From Gammaproteobacteria bacterium (lineage in GTDB: Bacteria; Pseudomonadota; Gammaproteobacteria; Natronospirales; DASSBR01): a stretch of 64,000 nucleotides of DNA. The position numbers and the translations under genes were made by a program. This document shows, in pieces, positions 1 to 9,405 of this stretch (the first letter of the stretch is position 1; every line of letters starts with the position of its first letter). The stretch spans positions 8,870 to 72,869 of the forward strand of contig DASSTE010000035.1 in the NCBI GenBank assembly GCA_035708085.1, written 5' to 3'. The notes beneath the pieces were generated by a model, which worked only from the letters and a program-made list of their open reading frames with translations, was not told where the DNA came from and ran no database searches.

Positions 1-2222
1 GCCTTGAGCAGCTCCCACGATTCGGGCGTCTCCACGCCCTCGGCGATCACCGACAGGCCCATGTTGTGGCCCAGCTCGATCGCCGAGCGCACGATGGCCG
101 CCTCCTCCGAATTCGGCTTGAGATTGAGCACGAACGACTTGTCGATCTTGAGTTCGTCGACCGGCATGCGGCGCAACTGCGACAGCGACGAGTAGCCGAC
201 GCCGAAGTCGTCGATGGCGATGCGCACGCCCATGCCCCGCAGCCGCCGCAGCAACGCGACCGCCGCGGGCGCGTCGCGCATCGCCGCGGTTTCGGTGATT
301 TCGAGCATCAGGCGCTCGGGCGCGACGTCGTGCAGTTCGAGCGCATCCCCGATACGCTCGGCCAGCGCCGGATCCATGAGGTCGAAGGCCGACAGGTTCA
401 TTGCCATCGACAGGTTGACGCCGCTGTCGGCCCACAGGCGCAACTGCACGATTACCGAGCGCAGCATCCACTCGGTCAGCCAGCGGATGTTGCCCGACTG
501 CTCCGCGAGCGGCACGAACTCGTCCGGTTCGACCAGCCCGCGCTCGGGATGCTCCCAGCGCACCAGCGCCTCGACTTGCGCGACCTCACCGTCGAGGATG
601 CGCACTTTCGGCTGGTAATACACGCGCAGTTCGCCGTTGCTGACGGCGCGGCGGAAATCGCTCATCAGCGCGAGCTGCTCCAGGTGGCGTTCATCGCGAC
701 CGCGGCGATAGACCATCATGCCGGTACGCGCAGTCTTGGCGTCGTACATCGCAATGTCGGCGCGGCGGAGCAGCGTTTCGACCTCTGCGCCATGATCCGG
801 ATACAGCGCGATGCCCATGCTCAGTTCGAGATATAGCGTGATGCCATCGAGCCGCGCCGGCTCGGCGATGTGTTTCGCGAGCGCCTGGGCGACACCGGTC
901 GCGCCGACCTCGTCGGTGCCTTCGAGCAGCACCAGGAATTCGTCGCCGCCCAGCCGCGCGACAGTGTCGCCCTGGCGGACGTTGTGCAGCAGCCGCTGCG
1001 CAATCGTCGTCAAGGCGCCGTCGCCGATCTCGTGGCCGAGCGTGTCGTTGATCTCCTTGAAGCGGTCGACGTCCATCACCAGGATCGCTGCCGGATCGCC
1101 GCGCGCGATGGTGGCGGCCAGCCGCTCGGCGGCGAGATTGCGGTTCGGCAGGTCGGTCAGGCCGTCGTGATAGGCCTGGTGTGCGATCCGCGCCTCGCGC
1201 TCGCCGATCGCGGCCTGCATCTGGTTAAAGGCCAATGCCAATTGGCCCAGGTCGTCCCCGCGCACCGGCGCCGGCTGGCTGTAGTCGCCCTGTGCCAGCC
1301 GCCGCGCCGCGGTCACAAGCTCGCTCACCGGCCGCGCCACGTTGCGGGCCAGCAGGATCGAGCCGAGGATGAACAGGATCAGCGTGCCGATCGACAGGCC
1401 GATCAGCCGCCATTGCACCTGGCGGTACGGCGTGAGCGCGGCCGACAGCGACGTCTGCAGCAATACGCGCGCGCGGCCGTTGTGCAGCAGCGGCACGCCG
1501 AGCGTCAGCCAGTCGCCGCCGTCAAGCGTGAGCGTGCGCACCTCGCCGAGCGCGTGACCGGCGAGCAGTTGATCATCAAGCGCCGCCTGTTCGGCCCGCG
1601 GCAGGGTCGAAATCAATTGTGCCGGCGTGCCGTGCGAGCCGAGCGTGACGAACGACACGTTCAGGTGAGTCAGGCCCTGCACGCTGGTCGCGAAAGCCGC
1701 GTCGAGCTTGAAGCCCATCGCCACCCAGGCAATGCGCAGCGGCGCATAAACCGGCACGAGCACGACCTGGAAAGCCTGCCCCCCGAGCGATACCAGTCCG
1801 GTCGCAGCGCCGGCGCTCTTGGCCTGGTCGAGCAGCGCCGGGAAGGGGAACGGCAGCGGCTTCGACAAGCCGAGCGTGCTGGCCGTCACTCGGCCATCGA
1901 GCGACACCAGCATCGCTACGCCGGCGCCCACGCGGGCGCCGTGGTTCGCCAGTACCGAATCGATCGTGGCGCGGTCGCCGCTCGCCACCGCCTGTTTGAA
2001 CGCGAAATCGGAAGCCAGCACCTTGACGTTCTGCAGGAGTTGCGCGCCGCGGTCGTTGATGAGCTGCTGCAGCACCCGCGCGCCCGAATGCAGCCGCTCA
2101 TCCCCGCGGGTAATGACGTTGTGGCGCACGGTGATCAGCACGGCAAAAAATGCCGCACCCTGCACGATCGCAATGAGCAGGATGAACAGCAGCGCGATGC
2201 GGGTCCTGAAACTCAGCTTCAA
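1..2222 (-). CDS. Membrane HAMP-GGDEF-EAL signalling protein (c-di-GMP turnover); C-terminus cut by window edge
   Basis: Absent from the ORF track because it runs off the left edge. My reverse-strand translation is one open frame. It reads LKLSFRTRIALLFILLIAIV (TM1), then a roughly 270-aa periplasmic segment, TM2 and HAMP (ARPVSELVTAARRLAQGDY). GGDEF follows (RLGGDEFLVLL), then EAL (YYQPK, EALVRWEHP, LEITE, DDFGVGYSSL, KIDKSF). A TTG at 2222 overlaps the upstream stop (TTGA); the exact start is uncertain. Confidence 0.85.
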   Translation of the reverse strand, partial: MKLSFRTRIALLFILLIAIVQGAAFFAVLITVRHNVITRGDERLHSGARVLQQLINDRGAQLLQNVKVLASDFAFKQAVASGDRATIDSVLANHGARVGAGVAMLVSLDGRVTASTLGLSKPLPFPFPALLDQAKSAGAATGLVSLGGQAFQVVLVPVYAPLRIAWVAMGFKLDAAFATSVQGLTHLNVSFVTLGSHGTPAQLISTLPRAEQAALDDQLLAGHALGEVRTLTLDGGDWLTLGVPLLHNGRARVLLQTSLSAALTPYRQVQWRLIGLSIGTLILFILGSILLARNVARPVSELVTAARRLAQGDYSQPAPVRGDDLGQLALAFNQMQAAIGEREARIAHQAYHDGLTDLPNRNLAAERLAATIARGDPAAILVMDVDRFKEINDTLGHEIGDGALTTIAQRLLHNVRQGDTVARLGGDEFLVLLEGTDEVGATGVAQALAKHIAEPARLDGITLYLELSMGIALYPDHGAEVETLLRRADIAMYDAKTARTGMMVYRRGRDERHLEQLALMSDFRRAVSNGELRVYYQPKVRILDGEVAQVEALVRWEHPERGLVEPDEFVPLAEQSGNIRWLTEWMLRSVIVQLRLWADSGVNLSMAMNLSAFDLMDPALAERIGDALELHDVAPERLMLEITETAAMRDAPAAVALLRRLRGMGVRIAIDDFGVGYSSLSQLRRMPVDELKIDKSFVLNLKPNSEEAAIVRSAIELGHNMGLSVIAEGVETPESWELLK

Positions 2223-2944
2223 GGCGGCGGCTCCTGGCTGAAGCGATGAAACTTCTGCTGCAGCCGTTTGACCGCGGGCGGCAACTGGCTGTCCGGCCGG
2301 CGATGAACGTGAGCCGGCGCAGGTGCGAGCGCGACAGTGAAATGACGTTTGATCCGGCTGTCGGCAGCGAGCGCCACCGGTACCGTCAACGTGTGGTTCG
2401 GCGCGCCGAGGCGCGGCGCCCAAATCGTCAACGTGTAGTGGCCGGCGGGCACGTCGGCGAGGACCGCCTGGCCGGCCGCGTCCGTCTGCGCGAAATACGG
2501 CGTCGGCACGACGTCGATGAACGCCAGCATCCAGTCGTGAATGTTGCAGCCGAGCACAACCACGCCCGGCTTGTCGAAGATCACAGGCCTGGCCGGCGTG
2601 CCGGCGTAGAGCGGCAGCTCGAATGTCTTTGCGGGGGAGAACGAATAAACGTCGTGGCGGATGTTGTCGCTGTTGGGGAAGGATACCGCCGTGCCGACCT
2701 CGACCGCGAGAATGTGCGGCACGAACTGCATGTCGCGCTGGTCCATGATGCCGGTGAGATGCGCACCGGCGGGTGGCCGAACCGGTCGGCCGTCACTGCT
2801 TTCGAGCGCGACCACGGCTGCGGCGAGCGGTTGCCCGCCGGCTTCGACCGTGACCGCGAGGCTCGCGGCGCGAGCGTCGCCGAAAGCCGCGCTCAGCAGC
2901 CCGACCGCCAGTGCGGCGGCAAGAATTATCGTTTTAGCCGGCAT
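2219..2944 (-). CDS. Secreted cupredoxin-like / Ig-like domain protein (family often auto-annotated 'methylamine utilization protein')
   Basis: ORF 2219..2986 trimmed to the ATG at 2944, which gives the signal peptide MPAKTIILAAALAVGLLSAAFGDARA. Motifs FPNSDNIRHDVYSF and GCNIHDWM are present. Its stop overlaps the start of the GGDEF-EAL gene. Confidence 0.75.
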   Translation of the reverse strand: MPAKTIILAAALAVGLLSAAFGDARAASLAVTVEAGGQPLAAAVVALESSDGRPVRPPAGAHLTGIMDQRDMQFVPHILAVEVGTAVSFPNSDNIRHDVYSFSPAKTFELPLYAGTPARPVIFDKPGVVVLGCNIHDWMLAFIDVVPTPYFAQTDAAGQAVLADVPAGHYTLTIWAPRLGAPNHTLTVPVALAADSRIKRHFTVALAPAPAHVHRRPDSQLPPAVKRLQQKFHRFSQEPPP

Positions 2945-3076
2945 GACTGGCCTCCCGTGCGCCCATAATACCGAATTCGGCCCCATCTCACGCGCCGTTT
3001 GCTCCTGTAGACTGTACGTTTAAGAACCTTTTAGGGTTGCAGGCGGTCATATTCGATAAACATAAGGAGGCTTCTC

Positions 3077-5353
3077 ATGCGAAAGCTCGTTTCCGGCGCG
3101 ATCCTCGCCGCGCTCACCGCATTCCTCACCGCGGCGCCCGTGCTGGCCGCACAGCACGATTCGATGCTGGGTTTCACGCCGGCCGGCGCGACCCAGGAAC
3201 GCCAGCTTGAAGCCAAATTCGACGCGGCGCTCGACAAGGCCGACATCAGGCACTGGATCAAGATGATGTCGTCGGAGCCGAACGGGCTCGGCTCGCCGCA
3301 CGACAAGGCGAACGCCGAGTACATGGTGAAGCTGTTCAAGTCCTGGGGCTTCGACGCGCACATCGCCCATTACAAGGTGCTGTTTCCGACACCGAAGGTG
3401 CGCGAGCTCAGCCTGGTCGCGCCGTATCATTACAAGGCAAAGCTGCGCGAGCCGCCGGTCAAGGGCGACCCCACCTCCGACATCTACAAGAACGCACTGC
3501 CGCCCTACAATGCCTATTCGGCCGACGGCGACGTCACTGCGCAGCTCGTCTACGTGAACTACGGCATCCCGGAGGATTACAAGGTCCTCGCACGCCACGG
3601 GATCAGCGTCAAGGGCAAGATCGTGATCGCGCGCTACGGACATTCGTGGCGCGGCATCAAGCCGAAGCTCGCCTACCAGCACGGCGCGATCGGCTGCATC
3701 CTGTATTCGGACCCGCGCGATGACGGCTACCGCCAGGGCAACGTGTTCCCGAAAGGCGGCTGGCGCGATCGCTGGGGTGTGCAGCGCGGTTCCGTCGAGA
3801 ACATGACGATTTACCCGGGTGGGCCGCTGACACCCGGTGTCGGTGCGACCGCCGACGCCAAGCGCATGCCGCGCAGCGAATCCCCGGTGATCAAGAAAAT
3901 CCCGGTGCTGCCGATCTCCTACGCCGACGCGCTGCCGCTGCTCAAGGCGCTGGGCGGGGCGACGGTGCCGGACGACTGGCAGGGCGCGCTGCCGATCACC
4001 TATCACTTCGGGCCGGGGCCCGCGAAGGTACATCTGAAACTGGCCTTCAACTGGAAGCTGACGCCGGTCTACGACGTGATCGCGAAAATTCCGGGCACCG
4101 AATATCCCGACCAGTGGGTGATGCGCGGCAACCATCACGACGGCTGGGTATTCGGCGCCGAGGACCCATTGGCCGGCAACGCCGCGCTGCTCGCCGAGGG
4201 CAAGGCGCTGGGCGCCCTGCTCAAGACCGGCTGGCGGCCGAAGCGCACGATTATCTACATGAGCTGGGACGGCGAGGAGCCGGGCCTGCTCGGCTCGACC
4301 GAGTGGGTCGAGGATCACGCCGCGCAGCTCGCGAAGAACGGCGCGATTTACATTAACTCGGACACCAACGAACGCGGCTTCCTGTTCGCCGGCGGCTCAG
4401 GGTCGCTGCAACGCTTCATCGACCAGGTCGGCAAGAGCGTCAAGGATCCGGAAACCGATACGAACGTGATTCATCGCGCGCGGGCGGCGCGACTGGTGCG
4501 GCAGCTCAAGCATCCGCCGCAGAACCCGTCCGACAAAATCTCGTCGAATCCAAACCAGCCGCTGCCGATTTTCGCACTCGGCTCGGGCTCGGATTACAGT
4601 TCGTTCATCGACCACATGGGCATCGCGTCGCTCGACATCGGCTTCGGCGGCGAATCCGAGGGGACGCAGTATCACTCGCGCTACGATGACTTTTACTGGT
4701 ATAGCCATTTCGGCGATCCGACCTTCGAATACGGCGTCGCCCTCGCCAAGGTCGGCGGCCACGCGGTCCTGCGTTTCGCCGACGCCGGCATCCTGCCGTA
4801 CGCGTTCACCGGCTTTGCCGATCACGTCGCCGATTACGCGCACGAGATCGAAAAAGAGCACGACCAGATGCGCAAGCAGACGCAGAAAAAGGACGAGTTG
4901 ATCAAGGAGGACGCGTTCAAGCTGGCATCCGATCCGACCAAGCAGTACGTTCCGCCCAAGGCGAAGCCGCCGGTACCGAAGCTCGACTTCAAGCCGCTCG
5001 ACGACGCGATCGCGCGGCTGAAGAAAGTCGCCGCGGCATATGATGCGGCGCTCAAGGTGCACGGCAACGCGCTGCCGGATTCGGCGCAACGCAAGCTCAA
5101 CGAAACGCTGATCGAGACCGAGCGCCAGTTGCTGTACCAGCACGGCCTGCCGAAGCGGAAATGGTATCGGCACATGATTTACGCGCCGGGCTATTACACC
5201 GGCTATGGCGTCAAGACGCTGCCCGGCATCCGCGAGGCGGTCGAGAATCGCGACTGGGATACGGCGAAGAAGTACATCGGCATCGTCGCCGGCGTGCTGA
5301 ACGATTTCAGCCGGAAAGTGGAGCAGGCGGCGAAGCTGTTGAAAAGCACTTAG
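3077..5353 (+). CDS. M28-family peptidase, glutamate carboxypeptidase II / transferrin-receptor-like (PA, M28 and TfR dimerisation domains)
   Basis: 758-aa ORF with an AAGGAGG RBS at 3064-3070 and a signal peptide. Sequences MRGNHHDGWVFGAEDP, WDGEEPGLLGSTEWVE and GSGSDYSSFIDHMGIASLD are typical of the family. Confidence 0.9.
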   Translation: MRKLVSGAILAALTAFLTAAPVLAAQHDSMLGFTPAGATQERQLEAKFDAALDKADIRHWIKMMSSEPNGLGSPHDKANAEYMVKLFKSWGFDAHIAHYKVLFPTPKVRELSLVAPYHYKAKLREPPVKGDPTSDIYKNALPPYNAYSADGDVTAQLVYVNYGIPEDYKVLARHGISVKGKIVIARYGHSWRGIKPKLAYQHGAIGCILYSDPRDDGYRQGNVFPKGGWRDRWGVQRGSVENMTIYPGGPLTPGVGATADAKRMPRSESPVIKKIPVLPISYADALPLLKALGGATVPDDWQGALPITYHFGPGPAKVHLKLAFNWKLTPVYDVIAKIPGTEYPDQWVMRGNHHDGWVFGAEDPLAGNAALLAEGKALGALLKTGWRPKRTIIYMSWDGEEPGLLGSTEWVEDHAAQLAKNGAIYINSDTNERGFLFAGGSGSLQRFIDQVGKSVKDPETDTNVIHRARAARLVRQLKHPPQNPSDKISSNPNQPLPIFALGSGSDYSSFIDHMGIASLDIGFGGESEGTQYHSRYDDFYWYSHFGDPTFEYGVALAKVGGHAVLRFADAGILPYAFTGFADHVADYAHEIEKEHDQMRKQTQKKDELIKEDAFKLASDPTKQYVPPKAKPPVPKLDFKPLDDAIARLKKVAAAYDAALKVHGNALPDSAQRKLNETLIETERQLLYQHGLPKRKWYRHMIYAPGYYTGYGVKTLPGIREAVENRDWDTAKKYIGIVAGVLNDFSRKVEQAAKLLKST

Positions 5354-5360
5354 TCTTCTC

Positions 5361-5386
5361 TGTCACCAGCGAAGGCTGGTATGACA
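5361..5386. repeat. Small palindromic element (CCAGCGAAGGCTGG core), same family as 13853..13891
   Basis: tgtcaccagcgaaggctggtatgaca lies just after the M28 stop. It shares the (t)ca(c/tg)ccagcgaaggctg core with the hairpin at 13853. Confidence 0.4.
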
Positions 5387-5590
5387 AGAGGAAAGGACAC
5401 TATTACCAATCGTAATAAGCTAATCATTGACTTGATCGGCCAATCAGTATTTACTTGCGCTCAATGAACAAGCACCTCCTCAACCTCCGCCACTATGCCC
5501 GCGTATGTATGCGTATGCGGCGCTTTGCCGTGCGGGCGGCGGATGAGTGGCATGTTTAGGTAGATAGCGAAACAAGCTCCCCTTCTGCAA

Positions 5591-5623
5591 CCCGCTACGG
5601 CACAGTCGTAGCGGGTTTTTTTT
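5591..5623 (+). terminator. Intrinsic terminator / possible attenuator 26 nt upstream of metX
   Basis: cccgctacg-gcacagt-cgtagcggg is a perfect 9-bp stem followed by T8. Confidence 0.7.
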
Positions 5624-5649
5624 CGCCCGGAGACAACACGGAAAGCGGC

Positions 5650-6732
5650 ATGAACAAACTTCGACTATCGCAGGGCCTGCCACTCGAATCCGGGCAAACA
5701 CTGGAAGGCGTGGAGATCGCCTACCGGACATGGGGACGGCTGAACGGCGCGCGCGACAACGCGGTGCTGATCTGCCACGCGCTGACAGGCTCCGCCGATG
5801 CCGACGAATGGTGGACGGGGCTGTTCGGCCCCGGCCGCGCATTCGACCCGGCGCGCGATTTCATCGTCTGCAGCAACGTGCTCGGCGGCTGCTACGGCAG
5901 CACCGGCCCGGGAAGCGCCATGCCCGGCGCGCTCAGAACCTGGGGTCCGGAGTTCCCGCCGGTCACGGTGCGCGACATGGTGCGCGCGCAGGCCGCGCTG
6001 CTCGATGCGCTCGGCGTCGAGCGGCTGAAACTGGTCGTCGGCGGCTCGCTCGGCGGTATGCAGGTGCTCGAATGGGCGGCGCTCTATCCGGAACGTGTGG
6101 AGGCGATTGCGCCGATCGCGACCACCGCGCGTCATTCCGCGTGGGCGATCGGTTTGAATGAGGCACAGCGGCAGGCAATTCGTGCCGACATCAACTGGAT
6201 GCAGGGCTATTACCCGCCCGGCGTGCAGCCGCACTTCGGCCTCGCCGCCGCGCGCGCCTTCGCGATGTGCAGCTACCGCGGCTGGACGAGTTTCGATCAG
6301 CGCTTCGGGCGCGAGCGCCGCGCGAGCGGCCGCTATCAGATCGAAAGCTGGCTGAATTATCACGGCGGCAAGCTCGCCAAGCGCTTCGACGCGAACAGCT
6401 ACATCACGCTGACGCAGGCAATGGACAGCCATGATCTCGGCCGCGGCCGCGGCTCGGTCGAAGCCGCACTGGCGGCCATCCGGCAACCCGCGCTGGTCGT
6501 GACGATCGACTCCGACGTGCTCTACCCGCCGGCGGAACAGGCGCTGCTGGCGCGGTATTTGCCGCACGCGCGGCTGGCGCCGTTGCCATCGCCGCACGGG
6601 CACGACGCTTTCTTGATCGACACCGACGCGCTGAACGGACTGCTGGTGGACTTTTGCGGCGGTTCGGGCAAACTCGCTGTGCCGGCACCGGCTCCGGCAA
6701 TCGTACCAGGGCAGCAATCATGCGGATTCTGA
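5650..6732 (+). CDS. metX: Homoserine O-acyltransferase (MetX family, alpha/beta hydrolase)
   Basis: 360-aa ORF with LICHALTGSADADEWW and the GGSLGGMQVLEWA nucleophile elbow. The C-terminal HGHDAFL is typical of MetX. Confidence 0.92.
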   Translation: MNKLRLSQGLPLESGQTLEGVEIAYRTWGRLNGARDNAVLICHALTGSADADEWWTGLFGPGRAFDPARDFIVCSNVLGGCYGSTGPGSAMPGALRTWGPEFPPVTVRDMVRAQAALLDALGVERLKLVVGGSLGGMQVLEWAALYPERVEAIAPIATTARHSAWAIGLNEAQRQAIRADINWMQGYYPPGVQPHFGLAAARAFAMCSYRGWTSFDQRFGRERRASGRYQIESWLNYHGGKLAKRFDANSYITLTQAMDSHDLGRGRGSVEAALAAIRQPALVVTIDSDVLYPPAEQALLARYLPHARLAPLPSPHGHDAFLIDTDALNGLLVDFCGGSGKLAVPAPAPAIVPGQQSCGF

Positions 6733-8960
6733 AATTCGGCGGCACTTCCGTCGGCACGACCGACTGCCTGCGCACGGTCGCCAAGGTGGTCGCGTGCGCC
6801 GCTAACAGCGGGTCGGTCGTGACGGTCGTCTCCGCGTTTGCCGGTGTCACCAATCAACTCGTTGCCGCGGCCGACGCGGCGGCGGCAGGCGTGCCGCTCG
6901 ACGTCGACTGGCTCGACGCTCTGACAGACAGCCATCTCGAGGCGCTGCGTGAAACGGCCGGTGGCGCGCCGGACGCGGCCGGCGCCGTCGGCGCACGCGT
7001 GGATGAAGTCGCCCGGCTGCTGGAAGACGTGCGCGAACTCGGCCACTGCTCGCCCGCGGCGCGCGACGCCATTCTCGCCATCGGCGAGCGGCTGGCCGCG
7101 CCGGTGGTGGCGGCGGTGCTGCAACACCACGGCATCCAGTCGGTTGTGATCGACGCGACGCAGTTGATCGCGACCGACGCCCGCTTCGGCGCAGCGGCGG
7201 TCGATCCGGCCGAAACGCGTCGCCGCTGCCAGGCGGCGTTCGCGAATCTGCCGGACGGCGTCGTGCCGGTTGTGACCGGCTTCATCGGCGCCGATGCACG
7301 CGGCCGCGTCACTACGCTCGGCCGCGGCGGCTCCGACTACAGCGCAGGTCTTTTGGCCGCGGCGCTCGATGCCGAACGCCTCGAAATCTGGACGGATGTC
7401 GACGGCGTGCTGAGCGCCGATCCGCGGGTCGTGCCGACGGCACGGCACCTGCCGCGTTTGAGTTATCGCGCCGCCGCCGCGCTCGCCGAAGCCGGCGCGC
7501 GCGTGCTGCATCCGAAAACACTCGACCCGCTGGTTGCGCCGGCCATTCCGGCCGAAGTCCGGGCGATTGCGCAGCCGGACGCGCCGCCGACGCTGATTAC
7601 CGCCATCGGCGGCCACGAGCCCGTGCGCGCCGTCGCCGGCCGCGTGTTGGCCGACGGGCGCGGCGCGGTCACCATCGTCAGCGATCATGCGCCGATCGAT
7701 GCCGGCCTCGCGGCGCGCGTGCTGGGCGCGCTGGAACGCGCCGCGATCGATGCCGATACGTTCCGGCACGACGTGCACACGCTGACGGCGACGGTCCCGG
7801 CGGCGAGGCTGACGCAGGCAGTCAGGCTGTTGCATCGGGTCGCCGCGCCGCAGCACCCGCGGCTCGCGCTGGCGATTGCCGGCCCGACCGGCCGCGTCGG
7901 CCGCGAACTGCTGCGCCGGCTGGGCGCGGGCGCGGACGTCACGCTGGTCGGCGCCATCAATCGCCGCCGCATGCTATGGCAACCGGAGAACAGCATCGGC
8001 TGGTACGGCCTTGATCGCTCCCTCGCGCATGGCGAAGTGGCCGACTGGCCGCGCTTTGCCGAGAAGCTGCAGAGTTTTGCCGGCAAGCTGATCTTCGTCG
8101 ATTGCACCACGAGCAATGCGATCGCGCGCTCGTATGCGGAGCTGTTGCGTGCCGGCATCGCCGTCGTCACGCCCAACAAGCAGGGCGGCACGCTGCCGTG
8201 GAACGACTACCAGACGCTGCAATCCGTCGATGCGGCCCCCTACCGCTACGCGACGACGGTCGGCGCGGGGCTGCCGATCCTGCACGCGCTGCGCCGTATC
8301 CGGGACGGGGGCGACAGCCTGCTCGGCCTGTCGGCGGTGTTGTCGGGCACGATCGGCTACGTGTTCGACCGGCTCAATGCCGGTGAAGCGTTCTCGGCCG
8401 CGGTGCGGGCCGCGCACGCGGCCGGCTACACCGAGCCGCATCCGCGCGAGGATCTCGACGGCGCTGACGTGACGCGCAAGTTGCTGATCATGCTGCGCGA
8501 AATCGGGCTGGCGCTGGACCTCGACGAGATCGACACTGAATCGCTGGTGCCGGCGGCGTTGCGCCGGGAGGACGATCCCGCGGCGTTCCTCGCGCGGCTC
8601 AACGCGCACGACGAGACGTGGGCATGGCGCGTGCGTGCGGCGCAGGCCGAAGGTCGCACGCTTGCCTATGTCGCCCGCTTCGACGGCGTGAAGGCATCGG
8701 TTGGCGTGACGTCACTGGCGGCCGGCCATCCGCTCGCGCGATTACGTGGCTGCCAGAACATGGCGGTGCTGACGACACGGCACTACTGCGACATTCCGCT
8801 GATCGTGTCCGGCCCGGGCGCCGGTATCGACGTGACCGCGGCAGGGCTGCTGGCCGATATCGACGAAGCGGCGCGGGAGCTCGACGCCTGGCCGAGCCGG
8901 CTCGCGGCGCCGCCGCAGAAGGCGCCCCAGGTCGTCGATGACATGAGATTCGGGACATGA
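6720..8960 (+). CDS. Bifunctional aspartokinase / homoserine dehydrogenase
   Basis: ORF 6654..8960 trimmed to MRILKFGGTSVG (canonical aspartokinase N-terminus), overlapping the metX end by 13 nt. TLGRGGSDYSA is present. The C-terminal half carries homoserine dehydrogenase motifs (VVTPNK, ATVGAGLPI). Confidence 0.9.
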   Translation: MRILKFGGTSVGTTDCLRTVAKVVACAANSGSVVTVVSAFAGVTNQLVAAADAAAAGVPLDVDWLDALTDSHLEALRETAGGAPDAAGAVGARVDEVARLLEDVRELGHCSPAARDAILAIGERLAAPVVAAVLQHHGIQSVVIDATQLIATDARFGAAAVDPAETRRRCQAAFANLPDGVVPVVTGFIGADARGRVTTLGRGGSDYSAGLLAAALDAERLEIWTDVDGVLSADPRVVPTARHLPRLSYRAAAALAEAGARVLHPKTLDPLVAPAIPAEVRAIAQPDAPPTLITAIGGHEPVRAVAGRVLADGRGAVTIVSDHAPIDAGLAARVLGALERAAIDADTFRHDVHTLTATVPAARLTQAVRLLHRVAAPQHPRLALAIAGPTGRVGRELLRRLGAGADVTLVGAINRRRMLWQPENSIGWYGLDRSLAHGEVADWPRFAEKLQSFAGKLIFVDCTTSNAIARSYAELLRAGIAVVTPNKQGGTLPWNDYQTLQSVDAAPYRYATTVGAGLPILHALRRIRDGGDSLLGLSAVLSGTIGYVFDRLNAGEAFSAAVRAAHAAGYTEPHPREDLDGADVTRKLLIMLREIGLALDLDEIDTESLVPAALRREDDPAAFLARLNAHDETWAWRVRAAQAEGRTLAYVARFDGVKASVGVTSLAAGHPLARLRGCQNMAVLTTRHYCDIPLIVSGPGAGIDVTAAGLLADIDEAARELDAWPSRLAAPPQKAPQVVDDMRFGT

Positions 8961-9274
8961 CGCTCGCGCAGTTGCGTTACCTCGCCGCGGTCGCCGACGC
9001 CGGGCTCAACATCAGCCGCGCCGCGCGCAACGTCTACGCGACGCAGCCATGCATTTCGCGGCAGTTGAAACAGCTTGAGGACGAACTGGGGTTCGCAATC
9101 TTCACGCGCAAGGGGCGCAATCTGGATGCGGTGACGGCGGCCGGCGAGCAGGTAATCGAGCGGGCGCGAGCGGTGCTGGCGGAAACGCAGCGAATTCGTG
9201 CGTTAGGCTTGAAAAATTCCGTTAGTGGTGAGCGAGTTCTTGCTCCTTCTCCCTCAGGCAGAAGGTTGGGATGA
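8957..9274 (+). pseudogene. CysB/Cbl-like LysR-family regulator remnant (HTH domain only)
   Basis: MTLAQLRYLAAVADAGLNISRAARNVYATQPCISRQLKQLEDELGFAIFTRKG is a LysR/CysB winged-HTH. The frame leaves homology after about 85 aa and reads into the repeat at 9245..9324. There is no room for an effector domain before cysH. The start overlaps the upstream stop (ATGA). Confidence 0.6.
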
Positions 9275-9324
9275 GGGGAACCGAAATTATCCCCTCACCC
9301 TGCCCTCTCCCTGAGGGAGAGGGT
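9245..9324. repeat. Compound palindromic REP-like element (family A: CCCTCTCCC-n3-GGGAGAGGG hairpins flanking GGGGTGAGG/CCCTCACCC)
   Basis: ccttctccctcaggcagaagg..gatgagggga..cccctcaccctgccctctccctgagggagagggt. It has the same architecture as the copies at 27066..27185 and 24531..24617. Confidence 0.75.
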
Positions 9325-9405
9325 TAAGAGACTATGGCGCAATGCCATTCAGCGCCCTTCGACATGGATCTCCTGAGCTTGACGAAGGGCTCAGGCGAAC
9401 GCAGA

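Noticed and set aside
3047-4318. 423-aa minus-strand ORF inside the M28 peptidase gene
   Set aside because: It is a shadow ORF of a confidently identified plus-strand gene, with no motifs and an Arg-rich composition.
5495-5563. 22-codon Cys/Met-rich leader peptide ORF
   Set aside because: It has no Shine-Dalgarno sequence and there is no established precedent for Met-codon attenuation. It is kept only as a speculative note within the metX leader finding.
5400-5590. Known SAM riboswitch (SAM-I or SAM-II) upstream of metX
   Set aside because: I could not find the conserved cores by eye, namely the SAM-I kink-turn/GAGGGA..GCAACC pattern or the SAM-II AAAGCU pseudoknot signature. It is left as an open question needing an Infernal scan.
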